A DNA stretch of 64,000 nucleotides. Origin: a bacterium. Its GTDB lineage: Bacteria > Zhuqueibacterota > Zhuqueibacteria > Oceanimicrobiales > Oceanimicrobiaceae. Below, piece after piece: positions 27,543 through 37,796 of this stretch. A program made the position numbers and the translations under genes. The stretch's first letter is position 1. Each line of letters starts with the position of its first letter. The stretch covers positions 8,430-72,429 of the forward strand of contig JBHHXN010000006.1 in the NCBI GenBank assembly GCA_046757025.1, given 5' to 3'. The notes under the pieces were generated by a model. The model was not told the DNA's origin and did no database searches. It saw only the letters and a list, made by a program, of their open reading frames with translations.

Positions 27543-29033
27543 CTATTCCTGCAGCACCAGCTCTCCCCAGATGTACGGATTGGCTTTGGCAAACATGGAG
27601 CTGTCTGACGCCCAGTACCATTCACATTTTTTGCCGGGGTTCAGGATGATGTTGAAAAGACAGCGGGTGCCGTTTTTCATCTCTAAAAACTCCAGGGCTC
27701 CGGTGGTAATTTTCAGAAACAGGACGCGGGCATCATTTGATTTCAGCAATTGTGCCTGCACCTTTTGTGATCCTTTTTTATCTTGCGGGTAGATTTGCTG
27801 CAATTGCAACTGCCCATCGGCTGCCACGATATCCCAGATAAAAGCGCCGGGTTGGGAGGTAACTGAACGTTGGTTTTTCATACCGAACATGATGTTTGCC
27901 ACTATGTGCTTTTTCTTGGCGTTTGTTGATGTTGGATTATTGGGGACAGTCAAAATGAAGCCATCAGTAAACCAGCCGATTTTTACCAGCGGCATATCGC
28001 AATCGCTTCTTTTCACGGCAGCGAAACCGGGCTTTTTTAGCGATAATTGATTTGGAAGCGCATTCAAAGTTAACTTTTGGAGTTGTGTTTCGTTTATTTT
28101 CTTCACGCTTACCGTTGGCAGAGGTGGTAAAAATGCGCGGTGATTATCGAAATAGGACTCTGGCAGGCGATAAATTTCAGCTTGTTCGTTGGTGAAAACA
28201 ATATCTGAGCCGTCGAAGCAAATGCCTTCACTCTGGCGTCCTTCAAGCAAAATTTTCTTATGAGGACCTGCCAAATAATTGTCGCTATCCTTGGGCTTTT
28301 CAAACAAGTAGATGTATTCGTAGCAAAGAATGGCGAGACGGCTGCCATTGGGGGAGACGTCAGCCGCCGTGACCATGCCATCGATTTCGAACTCACCAAT
28401 TTTACTCAAAATCTGCTTTTGATTATCTACCAGTTGGTTGAATCGGTATAATTTTGTTCGATGGTTGCTGCGGTGTTTTGTGAGCAAATACAGATGGCCA
28501 TTCGCCCAGAAGGCTGCTTCGCAGTCAAAATTCATATTTTGTGGATTGGGAAATTGCTTCTGATCTGGGTAGCTGAAGGGAATGCGCTTGCTCACACGGG
28601 CCACTTTGGCCTTGGACGGATCGGGTTCCTCGATCACATAAATGGCGAGGTCCTGGCGATCATTAGCGTTGTTGCCAAAATCCCCGATGATAAGGTGTCC
28701 CGAATCGTCCACTGCGATATCCTCCCAGTCGATATTTTCCGCATCCTCAATTCGAATATTGCCGATAAACTCACCGGTTTGCGTGGTAGCAAATATACGG
28801 GAATCGTTGCCGGAATCATTGTGGGTCCAAAAGACATTTTTAAATTGCCGGCTTTTAACTAAACCAGACGATTCTTTGATTTCAGGGTTTTCGAAACGGG
28901 CAACAGGTTGCCAGGCTATATCCGTATTGGACTTGCAGGTAAGGAGAGTCGCGACAGCACAGAGCCAAAACCAGAGATTTATTTTCATTACGTCGCTTTC
29001 TAAATTGGGGTTCATCTGAAACAGGTAGAACAA
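27543..29033 (-). CDS. Lipoprotein with SdiA-regulated/phytase-like beta-propeller domain
   Basis: 496 aa. The likely start is Met at 28988 (MKINLWFWLCAVATLLTCKSN). The motifs ESSGLV and WTHNDSGN resemble the SdiA-regulated (PF06977-like) family. The C-terminal about 200 aa is an unassigned domain. Confidence 0.5.
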   Translation of the reverse strand: MFYLFQMNPNLESDVMKINLWFWLCAVATLLTCKSNTDIAWQPVARFENPEIKESSGLVKSRQFKNVFWTHNDSGNDSRIFATTQTGEFIGNIRIEDAENIDWEDIAVDDSGHLIIGDFGNNANDRQDLAIYVIEEPDPSKAKVARVSKRIPFSYPDQKQFPNPQNMNFDCEAAFWANGHLYLLTKHRSNHRTKLYRFNQLVDNQKQILSKIGEFEIDGMVTAADVSPNGSRLAILCYEYIYLFEKPKDSDNYLAGPHKKILLEGRQSEGICFDGSDIVFTNEQAEIYRLPESYFDNHRAFLPPLPTVSVKKINETQLQKLTLNALPNQLSLKKPGFAAVKRSDCDMPLVKIGWFTDGFILTVPNNPTSTNAKKKHIVANIMFGMKNQRSVTSQPGAFIWDIVAADGQLQLQQIYPQDKKGSQKVQAQLLKSNDARVLFLKITTGALEFLEMKNGTRCLFNIILNPGKKCEWYWASDSSMFAKANPYIWGELVLQE

Positions 29034-29156
29034 ACTAATTGCGCAAGCCGCGCATTCAAATCACCTTATGTTCAAATTGCTTTTGAGAGAAAACGCAAAC
29101 CAGCTTTAAATGGAAGACAACACTATTTATCTATTTGCGATGCTTGCCAGCATCGT

Positions 29157-30401
29157 TTAATACCTTTTCAAAACAATACTGGCATTGGTTCCGCCAAAGC
29201 CAAAAGAATTTGACAGGCAAACATCAATTTTGGCTTTTCTCGGCTCGTTCGGCACATAGTCCAGATCGCATTCCGGGTCAGGCGTTTCATAATTGATGGT
29301 GGGGGGGAGAATTTGATTTTCAATGGCCTTGATACAATAAATCGCTTCGATGGCCCCCGCAGCGCCCAGCAAATGACCGGTCATGGATTTGGTGGAGCTC
29401 ATGGCGAGTCGGTACGCATGCTCTCTAAAAACATCTTTCACTGCTTTGGTTTCCGTGACGTCGTTCAACGGTGTGGAAGTGCCATGGGCGTTGATGTAAT
29501 CCACCTCCTCAGGGTGAATGGCTGCATTTTTCAGAGCGTTTTGCATGCAAAGTCTGGGACCGCGACCCTGGGGATCGGGCGCGGTAATGTGAAATGCGTC
29601 AGTGCTCATTCCGAACCCGATGACTTCCGCATAGATGTTGGCATTGCGTTTTTTAGCGTATTCTAGCTCTTCGAGGATGATCACGCCCGCCCCTTCGCTG
29701 GACACAAATCCATCTCGGTGCAGATCAAACGGCCGGCAGGCTTTCTCGGGTTCGTGGTTCCGCAACGAAAGCGCGCGGGCATTGGCAAAACCGGCCATAG
29801 CCACCGGCACCAGAGTAGCTTCGGCGCCGCCCACGATCATGGCTTCTGCTTCGCCGCGGACGATGGTGTAGTAGCCATCTGCGATGGCGTGCACGCCAGT
29901 GGAGCAGGCTGAAACGACGCCGTAACTGGGTCCGCGGATTTGGTATTTGATGGCAATCTGCCCGGAGGCTAAATTGATGATGGCCGATGGGATAAAAAAT
30001 GGTGAAATGCGGTTGCTTTGTCCGTTGTACGCTTTGATCGTATTTTGTTCGATGACCGTAATGCCTCCCTGTCCCGAACCGATGATCACTCCCACGCGTT
30101 CGGTGTTGGACTCATCGATCAATAATCTCGCATCCGTCATGGCTTCCGCTGTTGCGGCAATGGCGTACTGAATGAACGGATCCATTTTTTTTACTTCTTT
30201 TTTGTCGATAAAATCTTCAGGATGGAAGTCTTTGACTTCACCTGCAATTTTAACTGGAATTTCAGCAATATCAAATTTCGTCAGGGGGCCGATACCGGAT
30301 TCCCCGTTTAAAATGTTGCTCCAGTTTTCTTTTACCGTTAAACCGACCGGCGTAACCATACCCATGCCGGTCACTACGACACGACGTTTCCTTTCATCCA
30401 T
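29157..30401 (-). CDS. fabF: 3-oxoacyl-[acyl-carrier-protein] synthase II
   Basis: 414 aa with the active-site Cys region (VVSACSTG) and the His-His motifs (HGTST, GHLLGAAG), near-identical in layout to FabF. Confidence 0.9.
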   Translation of the reverse strand: MDERKRRVVVTGMGMVTPVGLTVKENWSNILNGESGIGPLTKFDIAEIPVKIAGEVKDFHPEDFIDKKEVKKMDPFIQYAIAATAEAMTDARLLIDESNTERVGVIIGSGQGGITVIEQNTIKAYNGQSNRISPFFIPSAIINLASGQIAIKYQIRGPSYGVVSACSTGVHAIADGYYTIVRGEAEAMIVGGAEATLVPVAMAGFANARALSLRNHEPEKACRPFDLHRDGFVSSEGAGVIILEELEYAKKRNANIYAEVIGFGMSTDAFHITAPDPQGRGPRLCMQNALKNAAIHPEEVDYINAHGTSTPLNDVTETKAVKDVFREHAYRLAMSSTKSMTGHLLGAAGAIEAIYCIKAIENQILPPTINYETPDPECDLDYVPNEPRKAKIDVCLSNSFGFGGTNASIVLKRY

Positions 30402-30455
30402 ACTTCAGGCATTCCTTTTCAAAGTTGATTCATCTGCTAACTGTTTATCAAAGAA

Positions 30456-30806
30456 TTATGCTGATTCTGCTTGAATTTCCTCAATGGCGTTAAACGCATA
30501 TCGCAAATGAGGAATGACGATGGAACCGCCTACGATCAATGCGATATTCATAGCCTCGTGCAATTCTTCGGTGGTGGCGCCTTCGGCGATTGAACGATCC
30601 AGATGGTAGAAAATACAGTCGTTGCAACGCAATACCATGGACGCCACCAATCCCATTAATTCCTTCATTTTAGCTGGCAAGGCGCCGTCGATATAGGCTT
30701 TATGATCCAGTGCGAAGAATTTTTTAAAATCTTGAAAACCGCTGTTCAGGATTTTCTCATTCATATCCGCACGATATTTTCTTGTTTCAGAAGTAGTGAT
30801 TTTCAT
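30456..30806 (-). CDS. Carboxymuconolactone decarboxylase / AhpD-like family protein
   Basis: 116 aa with a CxxC...H motif (RCNDCIFYH) in an all-helical small protein. Confidence 0.65.
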   Translation of the reverse strand: MKITTSETRKYRADMNEKILNSGFQDFKKFFALDHKAYIDGALPAKMKELMGLVASMVLRCNDCIFYHLDRSIAEGATTEELHEAMNIALIVGGSIVIPHLRYAFNAIEEIQAESA

Positions 30807-30885
30807 GTTTATCCGGCTAGTTCAATATAAAATAAACTGATTTTATAAATAATAAATTCCTCTCACAAAAGCATCTCTGAAGTAC

Positions 30886-31641
30886 TCAGCGGTCACCGCC
30901 AATAATATCGCCTAAAATGCCCAGCGAACCGCCTCTTTTCACTTCACCGACGTTGCTTCGAATCGCAGAAGAAACCCGATCTGCCAGGCGGGAGAATGGC
31001 AGGGTTTGCAGGTAAACTTTGCCTGGCCCTTTTAGTTTGGCAAAGAACAAACCCTCACCTCCAAAAAACGCGGTTTTGATTCCCCCAACAAATTGTATGT
31101 CGTAATCCACGGATTCTTCAATGGCCACCAGGCAGCCAGTGTCCACCTTCAAGGACTCTTCGGCTGACAATTGTCTTTCTATGATGGCGCCGCCGGCATG
31201 GACAAAGGCCAGTCCGTCACCCTGTAATTTTTGCAAGATGAATCCCTCACCGCCAAAAAATCCCGCCCCCAATCTTTTTGTAAACGCAATGGAAATGTCG
31301 ATGCCGTAAGCTGAGCACAGGTAGGCATCTCTTTGACAGAGCATCGAGCCCGATGCATTTAAGTCCAGAGGAATAATTTTGCCAGGGTAGGGTGCGGCAA
31401 ATGCGACTTTGCCTTGTCCGCTACCAGAATACTGGAAAGTGGTGATAAAAAAAGATTCACCCGTCAGGATTCTTTTGACGCCTTTAAGCAGACCGCCACC
31501 GGTGCCGGTATTCATATTCACACCGTCAGTCATGTACATCATGGCGCCGGCTTCGGCTTGTACCATTTCGCCGGAGTCGAGCGTGATGATCACGGCCTGC
31601 ATGTCATCGCCCACGAGTTCATAATCAATTTGATGAGCCAT
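30886..31641 (-). CDS. AIM24/DUF124 (TIGR00266) family protein
   Basis: 251 aa with glycine-rich beta repeats (FAKLKGPGKVYLQTLP, ILQKLQGDGLAFVHAGGAI) characteristic of this family. Confidence 0.7.
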   Translation of the reverse strand: MAHQIDYELVGDDMQAVIITLDSGEMVQAEAGAMMYMTDGVNMNTGTGGGLLKGVKRILTGESFFITTFQYSGSGQGKVAFAAPYPGKIIPLDLNASGSMLCQRDAYLCSAYGIDISIAFTKRLGAGFFGGEGFILQKLQGDGLAFVHAGGAIIERQLSAEESLKVDTGCLVAIEESVDYDIQFVGGIKTAFFGGEGLFFAKLKGPGKVYLQTLPFSRLADRVSSAIRSNVGEVKRGGSLGILGDIIGGDR

Positions 31642-31841
31642 TATTCGCCTTTTTTAGAATCTGGAATATTTATGTTATGAAATTGTTAAAAATGAAATTT
31701 AAATCCAAAGAAGTTAAAAGTCAAGATTTAAAAATCGCCGATTCTTTTTTTCTTGCTTTTTCCACTTCAAAAGATTAATTTTTTCATTCAAACTGTCGTT
31801 AATCGAACGGCAGTTTGAGTGGAATGCGAAAGGGAGAATAT

Positions 31842-33635
31842 ATGGACATTGAGACGCTGAGCCGGTTGTTTTGTCATAATGTTTCGCAATTTAATAAATC
31901 TGATTTAATGGTTTACCGCGGAAAGGCAGGCGCTTTCTATAAGATCTCCAGCAATGAATTCAAAGACCGGGTGATCAATTTTGCACTGGGATTGAAAAAG
32001 CTGGGTATCAAGCCGGAATCAAAAGTCATTCTGCTTTCAGAAAATCGTCCTGAATGGCACATTGCCGATTTTGCCTGCCACCTTTTAAATGCGGTGGTAG
32101 TACCGATTTTTCCCACGCTCATCGCCGAACAAATTCAATATATTGTTCAGAATAGCGACAGCGAAGCGATCATCCTTTCCAACAAGCAGCAGGCTGGTAA
32201 GATCCATCAAATTAAGCCAGAGTTGAAAAAAGTTAAAACGATTGTCACCATGGAGCCGGAAGCGGCTCTGGAAGAGGATTTGTGTTTCGAAAAAGTCATC
32301 GAATGCGGTCGCGAACAGGACGATGCCGGATTTTTTGAGAAAGCCGTTCAATCCGCAGATGCGGACACCGTGGCCACGATCATCTACACATCTGGCACCA
32401 CCGGCGCGCCCAAAGGGGTCATGCTTACTCACAAAAATATTGTTGCGAACGTAATGGGGTGTTCAAAAGTCATCGATATCACCTCCAGCGATCGGGGATT
32501 GTCATTTCTACCGCTTTCACACGCATTCGAACGAACGGTGGATTATTTATATTTTTATCGAGGCGCCACGGTAATTTATTCGAGCATTGACCGCGTTGCG
32601 GAGGACATGCTGGAAACTCAGCCTACCATCATGGCTTCGGTACCGCGGTTCTACGAAAAAGTCAAATCAAAAATTGAATCCAATGTTCAACAGAGCGGTT
32701 TTATAAAACAAAAGCTGTTTCACTGGGCGATTCAGATTGGTCGCCAAAAATTTCAAACGGACATGAATTCGCACAAACGAGGGCTGAAATTGAGTTTGTT
32801 TTTTGGAATAGCTAACAAATTGGTTTTATCGAAAATACGAGCCCGCACGGGCGATAGAATAAAGTATTTTATTTCTGGCGGCGCGCCGCTTTCAAGCGAC
32901 GTTGCACAATTTTTTTTCGCCACCGGCTTGAAGATTTTAGAGGGGTACGGTTTAACCGAAACCGCACCGGTCATCACGGTGAATCGTCCTCAAAAACCCA
33001 AAATTGGCACCGTCGGGCAATTACTGCCGGGCAACGAAGTCAAAATTGCTGAAGATGGAGAAATCCTGACCCGAGGCCCAAATGTCATGAAAGGTTACTA
33101 CAAATTGCCGGCTGAGACGGCGGAAGTCATGGTGGATGAGTGGTTTCATACCGGCGACATCGGTTCATTGGATGAGGAAGGCTTTCTCTCCATCACCGAT
33201 CGCAAAAAACAATTGATTGTGACTTCCGTCGGCAAAAAGGTCGCACCCCAGGCCATCGAAAAGGAAGTGGAGAACAGTCCGTATATTGAACAGGTTTTGC
33301 TCATCGGCGAAAAGCGCAACTTCATCAGCGCTTTGATCGTTCCGGATTTTGAAGCCCTGGAAATTTTTGCGAAAAAAAATAAACTCCGTTACCAAAATCG
33401 GTCTGACTTGCTCCGGCAAGCTGCTATTTTGGATTTGATTCAGAAAGAAGTCGATGCCCGGCAGTCTATATTTTCAAATTACGAAAAAATTCGAAAATTC
33501 CAGCTTTTGACCGAACCTTTCACCATTGAAAATGATCAGTTAACACCCACCCTGAAAATAAAAAGGCGGGTGGTGGAAAAAAAATATGCGGATTTGATCG
33601 AAAGCCTGTACCAGGAGAAACCAGACAATAAATAA
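31842..33635 (+). CDS. Long-chain fatty acid--CoA ligase (AMP-binding enzyme)
   Basis: AMP-binding motifs are YTSGTTGAPKGV and GYGLTET. The likely start is Met at 31842 (RBS aagGGAGaatat); the track ORF starts at 31815. Confidence 0.8.
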   Translation: MDIETLSRLFCHNVSQFNKSDLMVYRGKAGAFYKISSNEFKDRVINFALGLKKLGIKPESKVILLSENRPEWHIADFACHLLNAVVVPIFPTLIAEQIQYIVQNSDSEAIILSNKQQAGKIHQIKPELKKVKTIVTMEPEAALEEDLCFEKVIECGREQDDAGFFEKAVQSADADTVATIIYTSGTTGAPKGVMLTHKNIVANVMGCSKVIDITSSDRGLSFLPLSHAFERTVDYLYFYRGATVIYSSIDRVAEDMLETQPTIMASVPRFYEKVKSKIESNVQQSGFIKQKLFHWAIQIGRQKFQTDMNSHKRGLKLSLFFGIANKLVLSKIRARTGDRIKYFISGGAPLSSDVAQFFFATGLKILEGYGLTETAPVITVNRPQKPKIGTVGQLLPGNEVKIAEDGEILTRGPNVMKGYYKLPAETAEVMVDEWFHTGDIGSLDEEGFLSITDRKKQLIVTSVGKKVAPQAIEKEVENSPYIEQVLLIGEKRNFISALIVPDFEALEIFAKKNKLRYQNRSDLLRQAAILDLIQKEVDARQSIFSNYEKIRKFQLLTEPFTIENDQLTPTLKIKRRVVEKKYADLIESLYQEKPDNK

Positions 33636-33700
33636 AATATCATTTGCATTTTAATTATCGAATTTCTATATTCGGTGAATTAAAATAGAGAAATCAAATT

Positions 33701-33817
33701 ATGTTTAAAAATTCATCAGCCAATCAGCTTCATATACCTTTTCATCATCACCATCATGTATTCTTGATGGTGAGTTGTGTGATTGCGCACAGGTACCGGT
33801 TGATGAAATAGAATAAT
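33701..33817 (+). CDS. Histidine operon leader peptide (38 aa, six His codons of which five are consecutive)
   Basis: Not in the track. The translation is ATG-MFKNSSANQLHIPFHHHHHVFLMVSCVDCAQVPVDEIE*. Alternative pairings follow: caccatca/tgatggtg (1:2), gugaguugugugauu/aaucacauaacccgc (2:3 antiterminator) and the 3:4 terminator. Confidence 0.6.
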
Positions 33818-33842
33818 CCATACTTCGTAATAAATCACATAA

Positions 33843-33880
33843 CCCGCTATCAAGTTTCGGTAGCGGGTTTTTTGTTTTAA
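33843..33880 (+). terminator. his attenuator terminator (cccgcta-N11-tagcggg + UUUUUUGUUUU)
   Basis: Seen directly. The 5' arm overlaps the 3' arm of the predicted antiterminator. It lies 26 bp upstream of hisG. Confidence 0.6.
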
Positions 33881-33905
33881 TTAGAAAAGGGAAGTGACTT
33901 TTACC

Positions 33906-34775
33906 ATGAATCTGAAAATTGGTTTACCAAAAGGCAGTCTTCAGGAAGCGACTTTAAATTTGATGCGAAAAGCCGGCTTCAATTTTTCCATTCGCGATCG
34001 CTCTTATTTTCCTGCCAGCGATGATGACGAGTTAGAAGCCATTCTCATCCGGGCGCAGGAAATCGCTCGTTACGTTTACGACGGCGTGCTCGATGTGGGC
34101 ATCACCGGCAAAGATTGGATCCTTGAAAGCGGGAAGGAAGTGGTTGAAGTGACTGAGCTTATTTACTCAAAAGCGAGTTTTCGTCCAGTGCGCTGGGTTG
34201 TGGCGGTGCCGGAAAATTCAATCATTAAAACCATTGAAGAGTTAAATGGGAAAAGAATCGCCACCGAAGCCGTGAGCATCACCAAAAAATATCTGGCGCA
34301 GAAAAATATTCAGGCAGAAGTGGAGTTTTCATGGGGCGCCACCGAAGCCAAAACCCCGGAGCTGGTGGATGCTATCGTGGAAATCACCGAGTCGGGCGCC
34401 TCCTTGCGGGCGAATAATTTACGTATTCTGGACACGGTTTTAACGTCCACGGTCAGGCTCATCGCCAACAAAAATAGCTTTGAGGAGCCCTGGAAAAAAG
34501 AAAAAATCCAGAGCATCGCCTTGCTCATGCATGGCGCGATTCAGGCAAGCGGTAAAGTCGGCCTAAAACTCAATTTAAAAAAATCGGATATCGATAAAGT
34601 CCGGTCTATTTTGCCGGCTATGAAACGACCCACCATCTCGCCGCTGTTAGGAAACGAATGGGTGGCGCTGGAGACCATCGTCGATGAAAAAGTGGTGCGT
34701 ACCATCATCCCATTGCTTAAAAAAGCCGGCGCAGAAGACATTATTGAATATCCTTTAAATAAAGTGATAAAGTGA
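33906..34775 (+). CDS. hisG: ATP phosphoribosyltransferase (long form)
   Basis: The translation is [25 protein letters not shown]... with a C-terminal regulatory domain. The track ORF starts at GTG 33894. Confidence 0.85.
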   Translation: MNLKIGLPKGSLQEATLNLMRKAGFNFSIRDRSYFPASDDDELEAILIRAQEIARYVYDGVLDVGITGKDWILESGKEVVEVTELIYSKASFRPVRWVVAVPENSIIKTIEELNGKRIATEAVSITKKYLAQKNIQAEVEFSWGATEAKTPELVDAIVEITESGASLRANNLRILDTVLTSTVRLIANKNSFEEPWKKEKIQSIALLMHGAIQASGKVGLKLNLKKSDIDKVRSILPAMKRPTISPLLGNEWVALETIVDEKVVRTIIPLLKKAGAEDIIEYPLNKVIK

Positions 34776-34778
34776 AAA

Positions 34779-36050
34779 ATGCTAAAACTTTTTAATTCAC
34801 CTGAATCTTTCTTGCAGGTGCAATCCACCAAAATGGACACCGACGAGGCGGTAGCTGAACAAGTGCGCAAAATCATCGTAAAAGTGCAATCCGAAGGGGA
34901 TGCCGCTTTGCGTTTTTACACGCATAAATTCGATGGTGTCGCTGTACAGAATTTCAGAACCCCGCAAGAGAAAATCACGGCGGCAGGAAATAGTCTGCCT
35001 GATGAGCTTCGGCAGATTTTTAGCGAAGCCGTGGACAATGTGCATGCGTTTCATCAAAAACAGCTGCCGGTATCCTGGAATGACAAAAGCGAAGATGGTA
35101 CCGAGCTGGGACTGCGTTTTACCCCCATAGCGAGTGTGGGGATTTACGTACCTGGTGGAACCGCCGCCTATCCATCCACGGTGATCATGACGGCGGTGCC
35201 AGCGCAAATCGCCGCAGTACCGCAGATTGCGTTGGTTTCGCCACCGGATCGAAACGGTTGCGTGAATCCGCTGGTTCTGGCGGTGGCCAATCTGCTGGGC
35301 ATTCGAGACGTTTTCGCCGTCGGCGGCGCCCAGGCCATCGCTGCCCTGACTTACGGCACGGACACGATCCCAAAAGTCGATAAAATTATCGGGCCGGGCA
35401 ATGCATTCGTAAACGAAGCGAAAAGACAGGTCTTCGGTCTGGTGGGAATCGATGCCCTGGCCGGTCCAACGGAGCTGGTGATTCTTGCGGATGAAAGCGC
35501 GCCACCAGAATGGGTCGTTCGAGATCTGTGTGCGCAGGCTGAGCATGACGTTGCGGCGCGGGTGATCTTGATTTCCACGTCCAGATTGTTAATTCAGGAA
35601 GTCAACAATATTTTGCAAGCGTACATCAGCAAGGTTAAACGGAATGATATTTTACAGCAATCGTTGCGCGATCACGGGGCGGCTATTGTACTGAAGGAAA
35701 TCCAGGAAGCTTACGAGCTAATTAATAAAATCGCTCCCGAGCATCTTGAAATCATGACAAAAAATCCCGAACACAATTTTTCCCACATTCAAAATGCCGG
35801 CGCTATTTTTCTGGGCAAATACTCGCCAGCAGTGGTGGGAGATTATTTTGCCGGCAGTAACCACGTTTTGCCCACCGGCCGCAACGCGAGATTTGAATCG
35901 CCACTAAGCGTGTGGGATTTTATGAAATTCTCTTCCATCGTCAAATACTCGAAATCACGATTCAAAAAAGACGTTAGGAAAATTGCACGTTTTGCTGAAT
36001 TGGAAAATCTCTTTAACCATCAGGCTGCTATGGAGTGTCGAAATGAATAG
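34779..36050 (+). CDS. hisD: Histidinol dehydrogenase
   Basis: 423 aa with the conserved regions GIYVPGGTAAYPSTV and AGPTE, plus Zn-binding His residues. Confidence 0.9.
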   Translation: MLKLFNSPESFLQVQSTKMDTDEAVAEQVRKIIVKVQSEGDAALRFYTHKFDGVAVQNFRTPQEKITAAGNSLPDELRQIFSEAVDNVHAFHQKQLPVSWNDKSEDGTELGLRFTPIASVGIYVPGGTAAYPSTVIMTAVPAQIAAVPQIALVSPPDRNGCVNPLVLAVANLLGIRDVFAVGGAQAIAALTYGTDTIPKVDKIIGPGNAFVNEAKRQVFGLVGIDALAGPTELVILADESAPPEWVVRDLCAQAEHDVAARVILISTSRLLIQEVNNILQAYISKVKRNDILQQSLRDHGAAIVLKEIQEAYELINKIAPEHLEIMTKNPEHNFSHIQNAGAIFLGKYSPAVVGDYFAGSNHVLPTGRNARFESPLSVWDFMKFSSIVKYSKSRFKKDVRKIARFAELENLFNHQAAMECRNE

Positions 36051-37122
36051 TTATCTCAAAAACATCAAATCGTCTATCCGCGAGCTTACTCCCTACACAT
36101 TGGTACAGCATGAGTTCAAGGTGAAAATAAATCAAAACGAAAGTCCGTTTGATCTGCCTGATTGGCTCAAGCAAGAAATTCTGGCGGAATGCCTACAACT
36201 TTCCTGGAATCGCTATCCGTCGTTCAATCCGAATCGGTTGCTGGAACGATTAGCTGCGTTGTTGAAAATTTCTTCAGAGCAGCTACTCGTGGGAAACGGC
36301 TCCAATGAGCTGTTGCAGCTTCTTATGACCGCTGTTTTAAATGAACAAAAAAAGCTGCTGCTTGTTCAACCAACTTTTTTGATCTATCAGAAAGTCTGTT
36401 CACTCACTGGCGCTGAACCCATCCGCCTGGAATTTGCTGCAGACTGGTCTTTTCCTGTTGAAGCAATTCTCGAGGTCATCGAAAAAAACAAGGTGGCTCT
36501 TTGTATTTTTTGTTCGCCGAACAATCCCACCGGCTCCACACTCAAAGCGAAGGATTTGCGGAAAATACTAGAGCGCACCTCCGGCCTGGTGTTAGTGGAT
36601 GAAGCTTATCATGAATTTTCAAATGAGCGTTATTTGAATCTTCTCCCCCTGTATCAAAACTTGATATTGACACGAACGTTTTCCAAAGCCCTTGGGCTGG
36701 CCGGACTGCGTGTTGGTTATTTAATCGCGCATCCTGCTATCATCACCGAATTGCGCAAAGCCAAATTACCCTACAATTTGAATGCGTTCTCAGAAATTGT
36801 GGCTGCAAAATCGTTGCAGCATTTTGATTTAATCGAAATAAATATCCAGAAGATAAAAACAGAAAAGCGGCGCTTGGTACAGGCTCTCTCCGATATTCCA
36901 GAAAACACGGTTTATCCGTCGCAGGCAAATTTTTTCATGCTGGAAACGCCGGTTGCAGCGAAGGCACTTTTCGATTATTTAATCAAACGCGGAGTTTGGG
37001 TGCGAGACATTTCCCAACATCACCCACGCCTTCAAAACGTTTTGAGGATCACCGTGGGTAAAAAGTCGGAGAACGACCGCCTGTTTGAGCTGATTGAAAA
37101 TTTTATTAGGAGTGAAATCTAA
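36043..37122 (+). CDS. hisC: Histidinol-phosphate aminotransferase
   Basis: The true start is MNSYLKNIK, overlapping the hisD stop (ATGAATAG). The PLP Lys region is TFSKALGLAGLRVGY. The track ORF 35983 begins inside hisD. Confidence 0.85.
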   Translation: MNSYLKNIKSSIRELTPYTLVQHEFKVKINQNESPFDLPDWLKQEILAECLQLSWNRYPSFNPNRLLERLAALLKISSEQLLVGNGSNELLQLLMTAVLNEQKKLLLVQPTFLIYQKVCSLTGAEPIRLEFAADWSFPVEAILEVIEKNKVALCIFCSPNNPTGSTLKAKDLRKILERTSGLVLVDEAYHEFSNERYLNLLPLYQNLILTRTFSKALGLAGLRVGYLIAHPAIITELRKAKLPYNLNAFSEIVAAKSLQHFDLIEINIQKIKTEKRRLVQALSDIPENTVYPSQANFFMLETPVAAKALFDYLIKRGVWVRDISQHHPRLQNVLRITVGKKSENDRLFELIENFIRSEI

Positions 37123-37194
37123 AAGACCTTTTTGCAAAAAAAAGCGGCAGTTTTAAAGTTCAATTAAAAATATTCACTAAATGAAAACAGGAAA

Positions 37195-37773
37195 ATGGCC
37201 AAAATAAAAAGAATCACCAAAGAGACGAACGTAGTACTTGAACTAACGTTAAGCGGTGAAGGTAAAAGTGAAATCGCAACGGGGATCGGATTTTTTGACC
37301 ACCTGCTTGAGCTCTTGGCATTTCACGGCTGCTTCGATTTAAAAGTCCAGTGTGAAGGCGATTTGACCGTTTGTGGGCACCATTCCGTGGAAGACGTCGG
37401 CATGGTTTTGGGGCAGGCTTTCTTCCAGGAGTGGCAGGTCTCGAAAGATCTTCAGCGATTTGGACAGGCGCACATTCCCATGGACGACGCCCTGGCAAGC
37501 GCGGTGGTGGACATTTCGGGTAGATCTTTTCTGGTGTTTCACGCTGAATTTAAAAGTCCCAAAGTGGGAGATTTTGAAACCGAACTGGTTCGAGAGTTTT
37601 TTCAGGCCTTTGTGAGTCACGGCCGAATCAATTTGCATTTGCAGGTGCTTTATGGCGAGAATACCCACCACCAGATTGAAGCTCTGTTTAAAGCGGCAGC
37701 GGTAGCTTTACGTCGCGCCCTCCGGCTGGATTCGGAGCGAAAAGGCGTGGCTTCCACTAAAGGAAAACTTTAA
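37195..37773 (+). CDS. hisB: Imidazoleglycerol-phosphate dehydratase
   Basis: 192 aa with IGPD motifs (GIGFFDHLLE, HHSVEDVGMVLG, HHQIEALFKAAA). Confidence 0.9.
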   Translation: MAKIKRITKETNVVLELTLSGEGKSEIATGIGFFDHLLELLAFHGCFDLKVQCEGDLTVCGHHSVEDVGMVLGQAFFQEWQVSKDLQRFGQAHIPMDDALASAVVDISGRSFLVFHAEFKSPKVGDFETELVREFFQAFVSHGRINLHLQVLYGENTHHQIEALFKAAAVALRRALRLDSERKGVASTKGKL

Positions 37774-37796
37774 AGGATGCGAGTTTGGTGTAAAAT

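Noticed and set aside
27006-27649. ORFs 27006..27263, 27336..27536 and 27371..27649 (+)
   Set aside because: They overlap the BlaR1 3' end, the repeat element or the GC-rich island, and the 3' end of the convergent lipoprotein gene. Their Arg-rich compositions are typical of spurious GC-rich frames.
34797-35546. 249-aa reverse-strand ORF inside hisD
   Set aside because: It is antisense to a highly conserved histidinol dehydrogenase. It is an open-frame artefact of GC-rich coding sequence.
35983-36042. Track start of hisC at 35983 (MHVLLNWKISL...)
   Set aside because: The N-terminal 20 codons run inside the hisD coding region. The conserved start is MNSYLKNIK at 36043, overlapping the hisD stop (ATGAATAG).
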